From the NCBI GenBank assembly GCA_050952645.1, contig JBMNLI010000003.1, positions 310 to 64,309 of the forward strand: a DNA stretch of 64,000 nucleotides. Reading direction: 5' to 3'. The stretch is from Bdellovibrionota bacterium (lineage in GTDB: Bacteria; Bdellovibrionota_C; UBA2361; CAKMMH01). Both the position numbers and the translations under genes were made by a program. Shown piece after piece: positions 39,777 to 48,887 of this stretch. Under the pieces are notes generated by a model. It was given only the letters and a program-made list of their open reading frames with translations. It was not told the DNA's origin and ran no database searches. The first letter of the stretch is position 1, and every line of letters starts with the position of its first letter.

Positions 39777-42755
39777 ATGGAAAATTCAAATAAAAAGATA
39801 GTTATTAAGAAAATTTTATCAAACGAGTTAAAAGCAAACCCGACGCATACTTTTGAGGAAGAAGAGCTAGATAATAAAATTGATGTTAAATTTTTTGAAC
39901 CAATAAATGAAGAAAATATAGATGGCGTTCTAAAAGAATTAGAAAAAGAAGATATACAATACGACACTATAAAAACTAGATTATCGGAAGAAGAATTGCA
40001 AAGAGCAGGTATCACATTAGCAAAAAGAATTTTCGAGCTTGCACAACCAAGACGTGAGACTAGAGATAGTTTATATTTAAACGCTTTTAATGTAGTTCTT
40101 GAAAGTTATAGGATATCGGATCAATATAGAATTTTACAAGTAGCACACCAATTTTTCTTAAATGAATATCGAGATTACATGGAGACTAGAGGCGAAAGAC
40201 CAGGGATCCTATCGCAAATAGTCAGGCGAGTTGGAAAAGAAAACCAAGAGAAATATAGACATATAGTAAATGGTGTAAACTTAAGTAAGATAGCAAAAAA
40301 CATTTTTGATATACTTAACGATAAAGAAAACTTAAAACAGGAACGTATAAAAAACTTGCTATATGGAAATTCTAAAAACGAGATTTCGGCTATTAGATCA
40401 AAAATAAATATCTACTTTATCGACTTAGTATGTCATAAATTATCGGATTATATCGTAAGCTATAAGCAAATAAATAAAAAAAATGAAGATATTTTATTTG
40501 AGCTTTTCGCTGATAAGGAAGAGTACAAAAAATATTTCTACACTTACACCTCTCCTGAAGAGGAAATATATTATCTACTATCAGGGAGAGAAGAAAAAGA
40601 AATAAATCTTATAAAAGATAGGTATAATAAATTAAAACAAAAAGACAGTGCATTTAATGATGATTTATCACACGTTTTTAAAGGCGACCCTATAACTTTA
40701 AACGAGATAACCACAGGGATAAATTATGAAGACGTTGCTAAAAAAATATACGATATGCTTTATCCTAAAAACGATGAAACTTTAGGAGAAGAACTCCTAT
40801 CTGCTGGCGTTTATCATAAGATAAATTTTAGCGTTAACTTGCATGAGATATCTAGTTTAAGCTATATAGATTCTCACGAGAAAAGACAGATACATCAAAG
40901 AGAGAAAATCCTACAAGAGTTCTCTTATTTAAAAGGGAATAAAGCTAATAAAGCAAACGAAGCTTTAAAAAAATCTTATGGAATAACGCTATCTCTAGAT
41001 ATTTTTCCTGAATTATTTTCGTTCGACCCACAGCAAATCGCTTTTAAAGTAAACAACGCCTTATTTTTAAGACTAGAGGTTTTTGATATTATAAAAATAC
41101 TTAGGTTTTATGACACATTTGAGTTAAACAAGATTAAAAAAGCTTACAAAGTAAACTTTAACTCATCGCTAGAAGACGATATTTATGATTATGCTATAAG
41201 AGCATTAAAGGGAAGATTTAACGACCATACTAAGAATGCCTTTAGCGATATACTTTCAGGGCTTACTAGATTAGACTCCTCTTATGATTTAGTTAGTTAT
41301 CTATTAGCAAGTAAAGATTTCTTTACCGCTTGGGATGCAGAACACCAAATCTCACAAAACATTACTAACGCTACTTATCGTATAGCAGAAATTATAAACG
41401 ATGAAACTTTAAGTTTTGAAGAGATTGAAGCATCATTAACTAACATTCTTAAAAATTTTAGCTACGATGAAATGGGAGAGCTAAAGCAAATGTTTTATAA
41501 TTTAGTTGAGCCTAAAGAGACCTTTACTAAAATTATCGTAGATATTTTTGGCACTGAAAAATCTTTAAAGTTAGATTATATTATAAATAATTTTAAGAAT
41601 GATAATAAAACATTAAGATTTCTTCTTCCCTGCTCTCCTTTATATTTGCAAAATGAGTTAGCTGGTAATAATTTAGAAAATTTAAAATCAAACCTTTCAA
41701 AATTAAACCTTTCAAAATCTAATAAGGATAAAGATAAAGATAAAGATAAAGATGAAGATGAGTATTTAAAACTTCTTAATGCTACTAATTTATATGCTAA
41801 TTTTTTAGTAAGGAATTTTTACACTCATATTTTAAGGGGAGATGATGCAAACAAGTTTGTGTTAGAGGCTTTCGATTTAGATTATAAATACATAAAAGCC
41901 GTAGAGCTTATATTTAATGCTAAATATTCCTCCTTAAGGCGATTATTAAAAGAAATGGCAAACATTAGAGTGCTTTCAAATGATGTCTTAGCTCTAACTA
42001 TATTAAAGCTTGAAAATATTCCTATAACTATAGTTGATGATATATTGTTTTGCATAAATCAAAAGAAAATACGTGATGCTTTGAAGATATTTAATAAATA
42101 TCCTATCAATCAAAAAACATTAGAAGATATTTTTGAGATTATCACTTTGCCTAGTGATGTTAGAAGCCCTAAATTAAAGCAGATAATAAAAGAGTCTGGA
42201 GCTAAATTAACGGATATTAATGAATGTATATTATACCTAGATGGTTTTTCTCCGAAAGAACTTGCTAAAAAACTAAGACAAATTATCGTTCAAAACTTAG
42301 CAGAGTTTAAAAATGATTTAGTAAAAATGAAAGATGATTTAACTAATTTATTTTTAGGGACGCTCGAACCTAATCTAATTCCTAGCGATGTAAACTGGAA
42401 AATAGAGCAAAACTACATTGCTACTCTATATTATAAATCGCTATTTAATGAAGATATTATTGAAACTTTTAAAAAATTAAATTTTAGCAGTGAAGATATA
42501 ATAAGCCTAGCGACTTTAATTTATGGTGAAGAAATAGTATCTAAAGCTCTCATTTTAGAAGATATAGTAAGCGAGCAAGTAATAGAAGAGCATAAGATAA
42601 ATACATTAAAACAAATTCTTCCTTTAAGGCATAAACGTTTTATGATGATCTTAAGAAAATTCTTTAATAGCTACACAGCACATAATAAAAAGTTAGAAGA
42701 CTATATTGAAGAAAATGAAAAGATAAGAAGATTGTTTTTAGGACAAGAAGATTAA
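39777..42755 (+). CDS. Large all-helical protein with annexin-like repeats
   Basis: FDPQQIAFKVNNALF...IIKILRFYDTFELNKIKKAYKVNFNSSLEDDIYD resembles the annexin repeat consensus; further degenerate copies. The ORF is certain, the family call is tentative. Confidence 0.6.
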   Translation: MENSNKKIVIKKILSNELKANPTHTFEEEELDNKIDVKFFEPINEENIDGVLKELEKEDIQYDTIKTRLSEEELQRAGITLAKRIFELAQPRRETRDSLYLNAFNVVLESYRISDQYRILQVAHQFFLNEYRDYMETRGERPGILSQIVRRVGKENQEKYRHIVNGVNLSKIAKNIFDILNDKENLKQERIKNLLYGNSKNEISAIRSKINIYFIDLVCHKLSDYIVSYKQINKKNEDILFELFADKEEYKKYFYTYTSPEEEIYYLLSGREEKEINLIKDRYNKLKQKDSAFNDDLSHVFKGDPITLNEITTGINYEDVAKKIYDMLYPKNDETLGEELLSAGVYHKINFSVNLHEISSLSYIDSHEKRQIHQREKILQEFSYLKGNKANKANEALKKSYGITLSLDIFPELFSFDPQQIAFKVNNALFLRLEVFDIIKILRFYDTFELNKIKKAYKVNFNSSLEDDIYDYAIRALKGRFNDHTKNAFSDILSGLTRLDSSYDLVSYLLASKDFFTAWDAEHQISQNITNATYRIAEIINDETLSFEEIEASLTNILKNFSYDEMGELKQMFYNLVEPKETFTKIIVDIFGTEKSLKLDYIINNFKNDNKTLRFLLPCSPLYLQNELAGNNLENLKSNLSKLNLSKSNKDKDKDKDKDEDEYLKLLNATNLYANFLVRNFYTHILRGDDANKFVLEAFDLDYKYIKAVELIFNAKYSSLRRLLKEMANIRVLSNDVLALTILKLENIPITIVDDILFCINQKKIRDALKIFNKYPINQKTLEDIFEIITLPSDVRSPKLKQIIKESGAKLTDINECILYLDGFSPKELAKKLRQIIVQNLAEFKNDLVKMKDDLTNLFLGTLEPNLIPSDVNWKIEQNYIATLYYKSLFNEDIIETFKKLNFSSEDIISLATLIYGEEIVSKALILEDIVSEQVIEEHKINTLKQILPLRHKRFMMILRKFFNSYTAHNKKLEDYIEENEKIRRLFLGQED

Positions 42756-42849
42756 GAGCTTAAAGAAGCTTTTCTTAAGAACTAAAAATTATCAAAATAT
42801 AATTCAAAAAATAATAACGCTCCATTCGTACTAAATTTGTTAAAAAAAC

Positions 42850-42873
42850 GAAGAGCTAAAAAATTAGCTCTTC
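42850..42873. terminator. Probable bidirectional intrinsic terminator
   Basis: GAAGAGCTAA-aaaa-TTAGCTCTTC between convergent genes, with an A-run on the left and a T-rich run on the right. Confidence 0.75.
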
Positions 42874-42928
42874 ATTTTCAAAAGAAATTATTTTTTTCTA
42901 AAGCTCTATTTACGCTAAGCAAAGCATA

Positions 42929-45376
42929 TTACTTAGTAGTGCTCTTATCGCTTTTTATTCTCATACCATAAAAAGACCTATATACGAAATATAATCCTAG
43001 AGCGAAAAGAACGTATCCAACGTAAAGAGCAATATTTGGAGCTTTTACAGCTATTTCTACCGCTAGCAAACCAAATAATGTAGTAAATTTAATAACTGGA
43101 TTAAGCGCTACCGATGAAGTGTCTTTATAAGGGTCACCTACCGTGTCCCCTATAACCGTTGCGGCATGTAAATCGGTACCCTTTTCCTTTAAATCGACCT
43201 CTACAACTTTCTTAGCATTATCCCAAGCACCACCAGCATTTGCCATAAATAACGCTTGGAAAAGGCCAAATACTGCTATAGATACTAGGTAGCTAGCGAA
43301 ATACGTCGGGTCAAAGCATGCGAAAGCTAGCGTCATACAAAATATCACACCAAAAATATTCATCATCCCTTTTTGAGCATATTGAGTGCAAATTTTTACT
43401 ACATCTTTCGACTCTTCAATCGATGCACCACAATCATCTTCAAGCTTTATATTGGCTTTTATATATTCGACAGCTCTATATGCCCCAGTGGTAACTGCTT
43501 GCATAGAAGCTCCCGTAAACCAATATATTATAGAACCACCAGAAATAAGACCTAATAAAACTTTTGGATTTAATAAGTCTAAGTTTAAATTTAGCATTAA
43601 AATAATCGAGAAGATCATAGTTGTAGCTCCGATTACTGCCGTTCCAATAAGAACTGGTTTAGCAGTCGCCTTAAACGTATTACCAGCCGAGTCGTTTTCT
43701 TCTAGCAACTCTTTTCCTTTTTCAAAATCTGGAGTAAAGCCATAATCTTTTTTTATTTCTTCACTAATGCCCTTAATCGTCTCTATTTGAGATAACTCAA
43801 AGACAGATTGAGCGTTATCAGTCACGGGTCCATAAGAATCAACCGCAATAGTCACGGGACCCATACCTAAGAAACCAAAGGCTACTAAACCAAAAGCAAA
43901 CACTTCAGGGTGTATCATAAACTCGGAAAGTCCTTGAGTAGATGCCATGTATGCTACGAACATAAGAGCCGCAATTACTAACCCTTTCCAAAATGCCGAG
44001 AAATTCCCTGCCACTAAACCTGAAAGAATAGTAAGCGAAGCGCCTCCTTCTCTAGAAGCATCTACTATTTCTTTTACGTGTTTAGAATTAGACGATGTAA
44101 ATATCTTAGTAAATTCAGGAATAAGAGCTGCAGCTAACGTTCCGCAACTTATAATCACTGAAAGAATAAACCAAGTATTTTGGGCTAAATCATTTCCTAA
44201 TAATACATAACTAGTAATAAAAGTTATTATAATAGAAATAATAGATGTAATCCAAACTAGCGAGGTAAGCGGAGCTTCAAAATTAAAACTTTCAAGCTTT
44301 GAATATTTTGTTTTAGAAATGCAAGAATTTATTGAATACGAAAGCATAGAGGTAATAATCATTAAAACTCTCATAGCAAATATCCAAACTATAAACTTGC
44401 CTTGCATAACTAATGCGCCATCTTGCATCACTCTTACACTACTATCATCAAATTCCATGCCAACTGCTAGCACTATAAAACTTACTAATGCCACTCCCGT
44501 AACGCCATAAGTTTCAAAACCATCTGCAGTAGGTCCTACCGAGTCGCCAGCATTATCGCCAGTGCAATCTGCTATAACTCCAGGATTTCTTGGATCGTCT
44601 TCACCGATATTAAAAACGATTTTCATTAAGTCTGCACCTATATCTGCTATTTTTGTAAAAATACCACCACAGATTCTCAAAGCTGCAGCACCTAAAGACT
44701 CACCTATGGCAAATCCTAAGAAACAAGCCCCAGCATACTCTCCAGGAATTACTAATAAAATAAATAGCATCATTATTAGCTCAACACATATTAGTAGCAC
44801 CCCGATAGACATTCCAGAACGCATAGGGATATCATAAACAGGGTATGCTTTCTTAGTTAATGAGGCAAATGAGGTTCTACTATTAGCATAAGTATTAATT
44901 CTAATTCCAAACCAAGATACACAGTAAGAACCTAAAATACCTAGCACTGAGCAACCAATAATCAGGGCAACTTTTGAAAGCTCCATATCTTGCAAAACAA
45001 GAAAATAATAGCACATACAAATAGCTATCACAGTTTCTAATATTATTAAAAACTTGCCTTGTTGTAAAAGATATGTTTTACACGTTTCATAAATAAGAGA
45101 AGACACTTCTAACATGCTTTTATGAGCTGGAAGTTTCTTTATTTTTGAAAACTCGTAAAGCCCAAAAAGTATGCCAAGCACGCAAATAAGAATACCAGTC
45201 CATAATATTTGCACGCCAGACACTCCTACACCAAACACGGTAAATGGAACATCTAAAGACGGAATTGGCAAGTCTGCTTCACTAGCAAATAGGTTAGCTG
45301 GGAAAAGCACGCTAACTAATAAAACTAGTGCTAGACTATTTAATATGTTCAACTTTTTAGAACAATTTTTTATCAT
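42929..45376 (-). CDS. hppA: Membrane-bound ion-translocating pyrophosphatase, K+-independent signature
   Basis: GGIFTKIADIGADLMK, EDDPRNPGVIADCTGDNAGD, DSYGPVTDNA, GNTFKA, GDTVGDPYKD. Start moved to ATG 45376 (AAGGAA RBS). Confidence 0.96.
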   Translation of the reverse strand: MIKNCSKKLNILNSLALVLLVSVLFPANLFASEADLPIPSLDVPFTVFGVGVSGVQILWTGILICVLGILFGLYEFSKIKKLPAHKSMLEVSSLIYETCKTYLLQQGKFLIILETVIAICMCYYFLVLQDMELSKVALIIGCSVLGILGSYCVSWFGIRINTYANSRTSFASLTKKAYPVYDIPMRSGMSIGVLLICVELIMMLFILLVIPGEYAGACFLGFAIGESLGAAALRICGGIFTKIADIGADLMKIVFNIGEDDPRNPGVIADCTGDNAGDSVGPTADGFETYGVTGVALVSFIVLAVGMEFDDSSVRVMQDGALVMQGKFIVWIFAMRVLMIITSMLSYSINSCISKTKYSKLESFNFEAPLTSLVWITSIISIIITFITSYVLLGNDLAQNTWFILSVIISCGTLAAALIPEFTKIFTSSNSKHVKEIVDASREGGASLTILSGLVAGNFSAFWKGLVIAALMFVAYMASTQGLSEFMIHPEVFAFGLVAFGFLGMGPVTIAVDSYGPVTDNAQSVFELSQIETIKGISEEIKKDYGFTPDFEKGKELLEENDSAGNTFKATAKPVLIGTAVIGATTMIFSIILMLNLNLDLLNPKVLLGLISGGSIIYWFTGASMQAVTTGAYRAVEYIKANIKLEDDCGASIEESKDVVKICTQYAQKGMMNIFGVIFCMTLAFACFDPTYFASYLVSIAVFGLFQALFMANAGGAWDNAKKVVEVDLKEKGTDLHAATVIGDTVGDPYKDTSSVALNPVIKFTTLFGLLAVEIAVKAPNIALYVGYVLFALGLYFVYRSFYGMRIKSDKSTTK

Positions 45377-45519
45377 GTTTTTCCTTTTAATAAATAAAAA
45401 TACTTTTAAAACTATATACTCTAAATTTATCACGTTAAATTTATTATACTAAACTTAATACAATAAATTTAATACGCTAAATTTTATTACGTTTAAGATT
45501 ATACGTTTCAAACGTCCAT

Positions 45520-45724
45520 AAAAAAAAACGAGGCTACTTAGAGAAACTTTTTCTTAAAATTTTACTTGTAGCCTAAAATGCTTGCACCTTAAGCAAACAC
45601 ACTACAAATAAAAACACTTTGTTTCCTAAATACCTCGAAATGGACATTAAAAATCTAAAACTTATTAAATCAATTTCTATCAAATCAACTATGATATAAT
45701 AACTAATAAAAATATAAGTGACAA
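45520..45724 (-). promoter_or_regulatory. hppA promoter plus leader with intrinsic terminator (candidate attenuator/riboswitch or sRNA)
   Basis: TTGTCA-17-TATTAT at 45724-45696; AGGCTAC...GTAGCCT-CG-T9 at 45574-45520, upstream of the ATG. Confidence 0.6.
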
Positions 45725-45868
45725 TACATAAAAAATATTAAATAGATAAATATAGCCTTGACCCATTTTTAAAAACTATTATACTATACTCGTCGTGAAA
45801 AATGTTTTTAGATGCAATTTTTGCATCTAATGGTTTTAGCAACAATAAATATGAAAGGGCTATGCATC

Positions 45869-46592
45869 ATGGATACACATGATACAAGTCAAGATACAAG
45901 TCGAGGTGTAAGTGTCACCAGGCGTAAATTCTATTACGATGAGTCTCTTGTCCCTGCAAATTGGGGGGGGGGAGGAAGGTTGGCTCCTCGAGGTTCTCTG
46001 CGTTCGCGTTAAGGATAAAATTGCGGACGCAAATCACAATGGAGAACAAGTCAAAATTGTGGGGGGTCGTTTTCGCCGCGGTGATGGAAGGTTCTTCGAC
46101 GTCAGATTTGGATTGGGCTTTGATCATGAGTTCTGGAATCTCTCCTCAGCTGAGCAAGAAGATGTCCTGAATAACCCCGAAGAATTGGCAGCTCTCATCG
46201 AGAGAATTAAAGAGACGTATGGAGCTGCTATCCTCGTGGAAGAGCCTGAAGGAGCAGTTCCACTCCCCGAGGAACTTGTGGAGAAGCTTAGGTATGATGG
46301 TGGAAAAACGCCTTACAAACATACTCAGTATAGAGCTGTCGGATTTGATTGTAAAGGCAAAAGAGCTTCATTCTCTAACCCTCTTTCTATGGATCCCCCG
46401 CTTGAAATTAAATACGAAGGTGGTGAGGCGTGGTTTGACGATGAAAACGGTAAGCGCTTCTACATCGAAATGTTTATATTTTCAAACTCGGTACGCATTC
46501 ACGGTCTTATTCTTGTCCTCACTGATAAGCGTTGCAAATGCGATCTCGAAATTAAAGACGGTAGGTCTGCGTGGGGCGTGGCGGTTCACTAA
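45869..46592 (+). pseudogene. Orphan gene frameshifted at a G10 tract
   Basis: ATG 45869 (after GAAAGGGC) reads MDTHDTSQ...VPANWGG. With G9 it continues EEGWLLEVL... to stop 46592. Visibly more GC-rich than its flanks; promoter-like TTGACC at 45758. Confidence 0.7.
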
Positions 46593-46677
46593 TTGCAAAG
46601 CTTCCCTCCTTTTTTCTCCGAAAGTTTAGGAGAGCAAGCTTCGCCTAATTAAGGTTATGCACAACTAGGAATTTAAT

Positions 46678-46722
46678 AATGCGTTGTCAAAATTATTATA
46701 TTTTTGGCGACGCATTTTTTTT
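46678..46722 (+). terminator. Intrinsic terminator
   Basis: AATGCGTTGTCAAAA...TTTTGGCGACGCATT followed by a T-run. Confidence 0.75.
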
Positions 46723-46739
46723 AACTACTTTTTTAAAAC

Positions 46740-47459
46740 TTAAGACACGACTCCAATTAAATAACTTAACGCAATCTCTACTCTTAAGATTCTTTTTCCT
46801 AATCCTACACTTTTAAAATTTTTCGAATGAAAATATTCTATTTCCTTTTCACTCCACCCACTTTCTGGGCCGATGGCGATAACTTTTACATCTAAAAGAT
46901 TAGGAAAGTTTTTTCTATTTAACTCCTCACTGCAATTAGTATCGGCTACAATATTACTTAAAGCATTAGAGCTAAAATCTTCAAATTTCATACATTCGTA
47001 AATAGAATTATATATTTCAATCTTAGGAAAAATAGTATCACCAGTTTGCGCCATCGCTAACAAACATTCTTTTCTAATATTTTCCTTGCTTAAACTATTC
47101 GATTGAATATAGCTTTTAGGTACATTCTCCCCTCTTAGAAAAATTATTTTTTTAAGCCCAAGTCCAACGCCTATATGCAATACTTTCTTATTAGTCTGAG
47201 GACGACACACAGAAACTATCAACGTTAAATCTTTTTTTTCTAACGGCTCTTTATCTAACTTAGTATTTATATACAAACCATCGCTAGAAATTTTCTCGAT
47301 TATCCCCCTTCCTCGTCTTCCTCCTATTATACCGATATTTAATTCCTTTCCTTTTTCTAAAACATACCTATCGCTAATAATACAAAGCCTATCTTTTTTA
47401 ATAATCCCTAGCGACTTATCACTATTTAATTCTTCTTTTTCAAGTAATAGAAAATTCAT
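46740..47459 (-). CDS. rsmE: 16S rRNA m3U1498 methyltransferase RsmE
   Basis: SPOUT C-terminus IAIGPESGWSEKE...GLGKRILRVEIA. Confidence 0.88.
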   Translation of the reverse strand: MNFLLLEKEELNSDKSLGIIKKDRLCIISDRYVLEKGKELNIGIIGGRRGRGIIEKISSDGLYINTKLDKEPLEKKDLTLIVSVCRPQTNKKVLHIGVGLGLKKIIFLRGENVPKSYIQSNSLSKENIRKECLLAMAQTGDTIFPKIEIYNSIYECMKFEDFSSNALSNIVADTNCSEELNRKNFPNLLDVKVIAIGPESGWSEKEIEYFHSKNFKSVGLGKRILRVEIALSYLIGVVS

Positions 47460-47498
47460 AAGAAATTTATTAACTAATAATTTTTTTTTATATGAAAA

Positions 47499-47945
47499 CT
47501 ATTTTTTAGTATACACTTTGCCAGTATATAAATCTTTACACTTAGCAGGAAACGTTTTATATACTATCCCCCCTGCCTTTACACAACTATCAAAATCATG
47601 CACGCCTTTAAATTGCTCTTTTAATTTTTCTAACTCAGCTTTTTTTAAATTTTTATTTTCATTATTATTATCATTATTATTATCACCACTATTATTATCA
47701 CTAGTCTCACGGCTTACCACTTCACGCACTACTAAACCTTTACTTGAAATCTTTTTTTCTTCTCTTTGGTTATCTCTTTGATTATCTTCTTTACTATCTT
47801 CCATTAAGATCTCCTTTTTTGTAATTTCACTGCTCGCTTTATTGTTATTAACATTCGCATTATTACTCGCATTATTACCAGTGCAAGCTAAACATATACT
47901 AGGTAAAAAAACGAAAAAAAGCTTTATTAAAATGTTTCTTCTCAT
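47499..47945 (-). CDS. Putative lipoprotein with small C-terminal two-Cys domain
   Basis: Lipobox CLAC; Asn-rich linker; DFDSCVKAGGIVYKTFPAKC...GKVY. Confidence 0.7.
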   Translation of the reverse strand: MRRNILIKLFFVFLPSICLACTGNNASNNANVNNNKASSEITKKEILMEDSKEDNQRDNQREEKKISSKGLVVREVVSRETSDNNSGDNNNDNNNENKNLKKAELEKLKEQFKGVHDFDSCVKAGGIVYKTFPAKCKDLYTGKVYTKK

Positions 47946-47991
47946 AAAATGTATCTCCTTTTTTAAAAAAACTTTTTGCCTACATGGATAT

Positions 47992-48606
47992 CTAATTTAT
48001 TTTTAATTTATCTCCAACTTTTATCCCATGTTTTTTTATAGAAAACGAAGGGAGTTCTACCGCATATCTAGCCTTTCTTCCTATCGTATACCTTGGTATA
48101 TCATCATCGTCAATGTTTTGTCCCCCTACGGGAAGCATATTTTGTATACCACCAATTACTATAAATTTATTATTTAAAAATACAATATCTAAAGGTATAT
48201 AAGTATTCTTCATCCAAAAATACATCACGATATCTTCATCATATACAAAAAGCATGCCCTCATTTTCTTTTATAGCCCTTACATGCATCAATCCTCTTTC
48301 TCGCTCCCTAGGTGTAGCCGCTACCTTTAAATTAAATTTAGCCTTAACGCTGTTATCCTTATCTAAAAAAACTCCTAACACTACTTTATTTTTGCTATTT
48401 GCATAAACATTTTTACTAAATTTTTCACTTATAGCATCTTGCAATACGCCTTGCTCTATATTTACTTGCTCTAAATATACTTGCTCTAAATATATAAGAA
48501 ACACCCCTAAAAATATGGAAAGCAAGCTAAAAAGTAGAATGCCCTTTTTAAAATCGATATATTTATTCTTTTTTTGAAATTTTTCTTTAACTTTTTTCGA
48601 TATCAT
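47992..48606 (-). CDS. DUF192 family protein
   Basis: VAATPRERERGLM, EGMLFVY, FWMKNTYIPLDIVFL, YAVEL, GIKVGD. Confidence 0.92.
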   Translation of the reverse strand: MISKKVKEKFQKKNKYIDFKKGILLFSLLSIFLGVFLIYLEQVYLEQVNIEQGVLQDAISEKFSKNVYANSKNKVVLGVFLDKDNSVKAKFNLKVAATPRERERGLMHVRAIKENEGMLFVYDEDIVMYFWMKNTYIPLDIVFLNNKFIVIGGIQNMLPVGGQNIDDDDIPRYTIGRKARYAVELPSFSIKKHGIKVGDKLKIN

Positions 48607-48887
48607 TTTTAGAGTTCTTTTTTAAACTAACTTTTAGGCTAATATACTAAATATATAAGAAATTTTCACTATATTTATTATATTATTTATTTGCACATAC
48701 TCTACGAAATACTTTAAAACTTAAGAATTTAACTAGAATTTCAAGAATTTATTGTGCAAAAACTTAAATTATATGATAGAATAAAATTGTTTGCGTAGAT
48801 ATTTTTTATTTACTACACAAAAAATGAAGCTTTAATAAATTTATAAACAAAAAATTTATAAATAAAATAAAGGAAAAATTAAAACGC

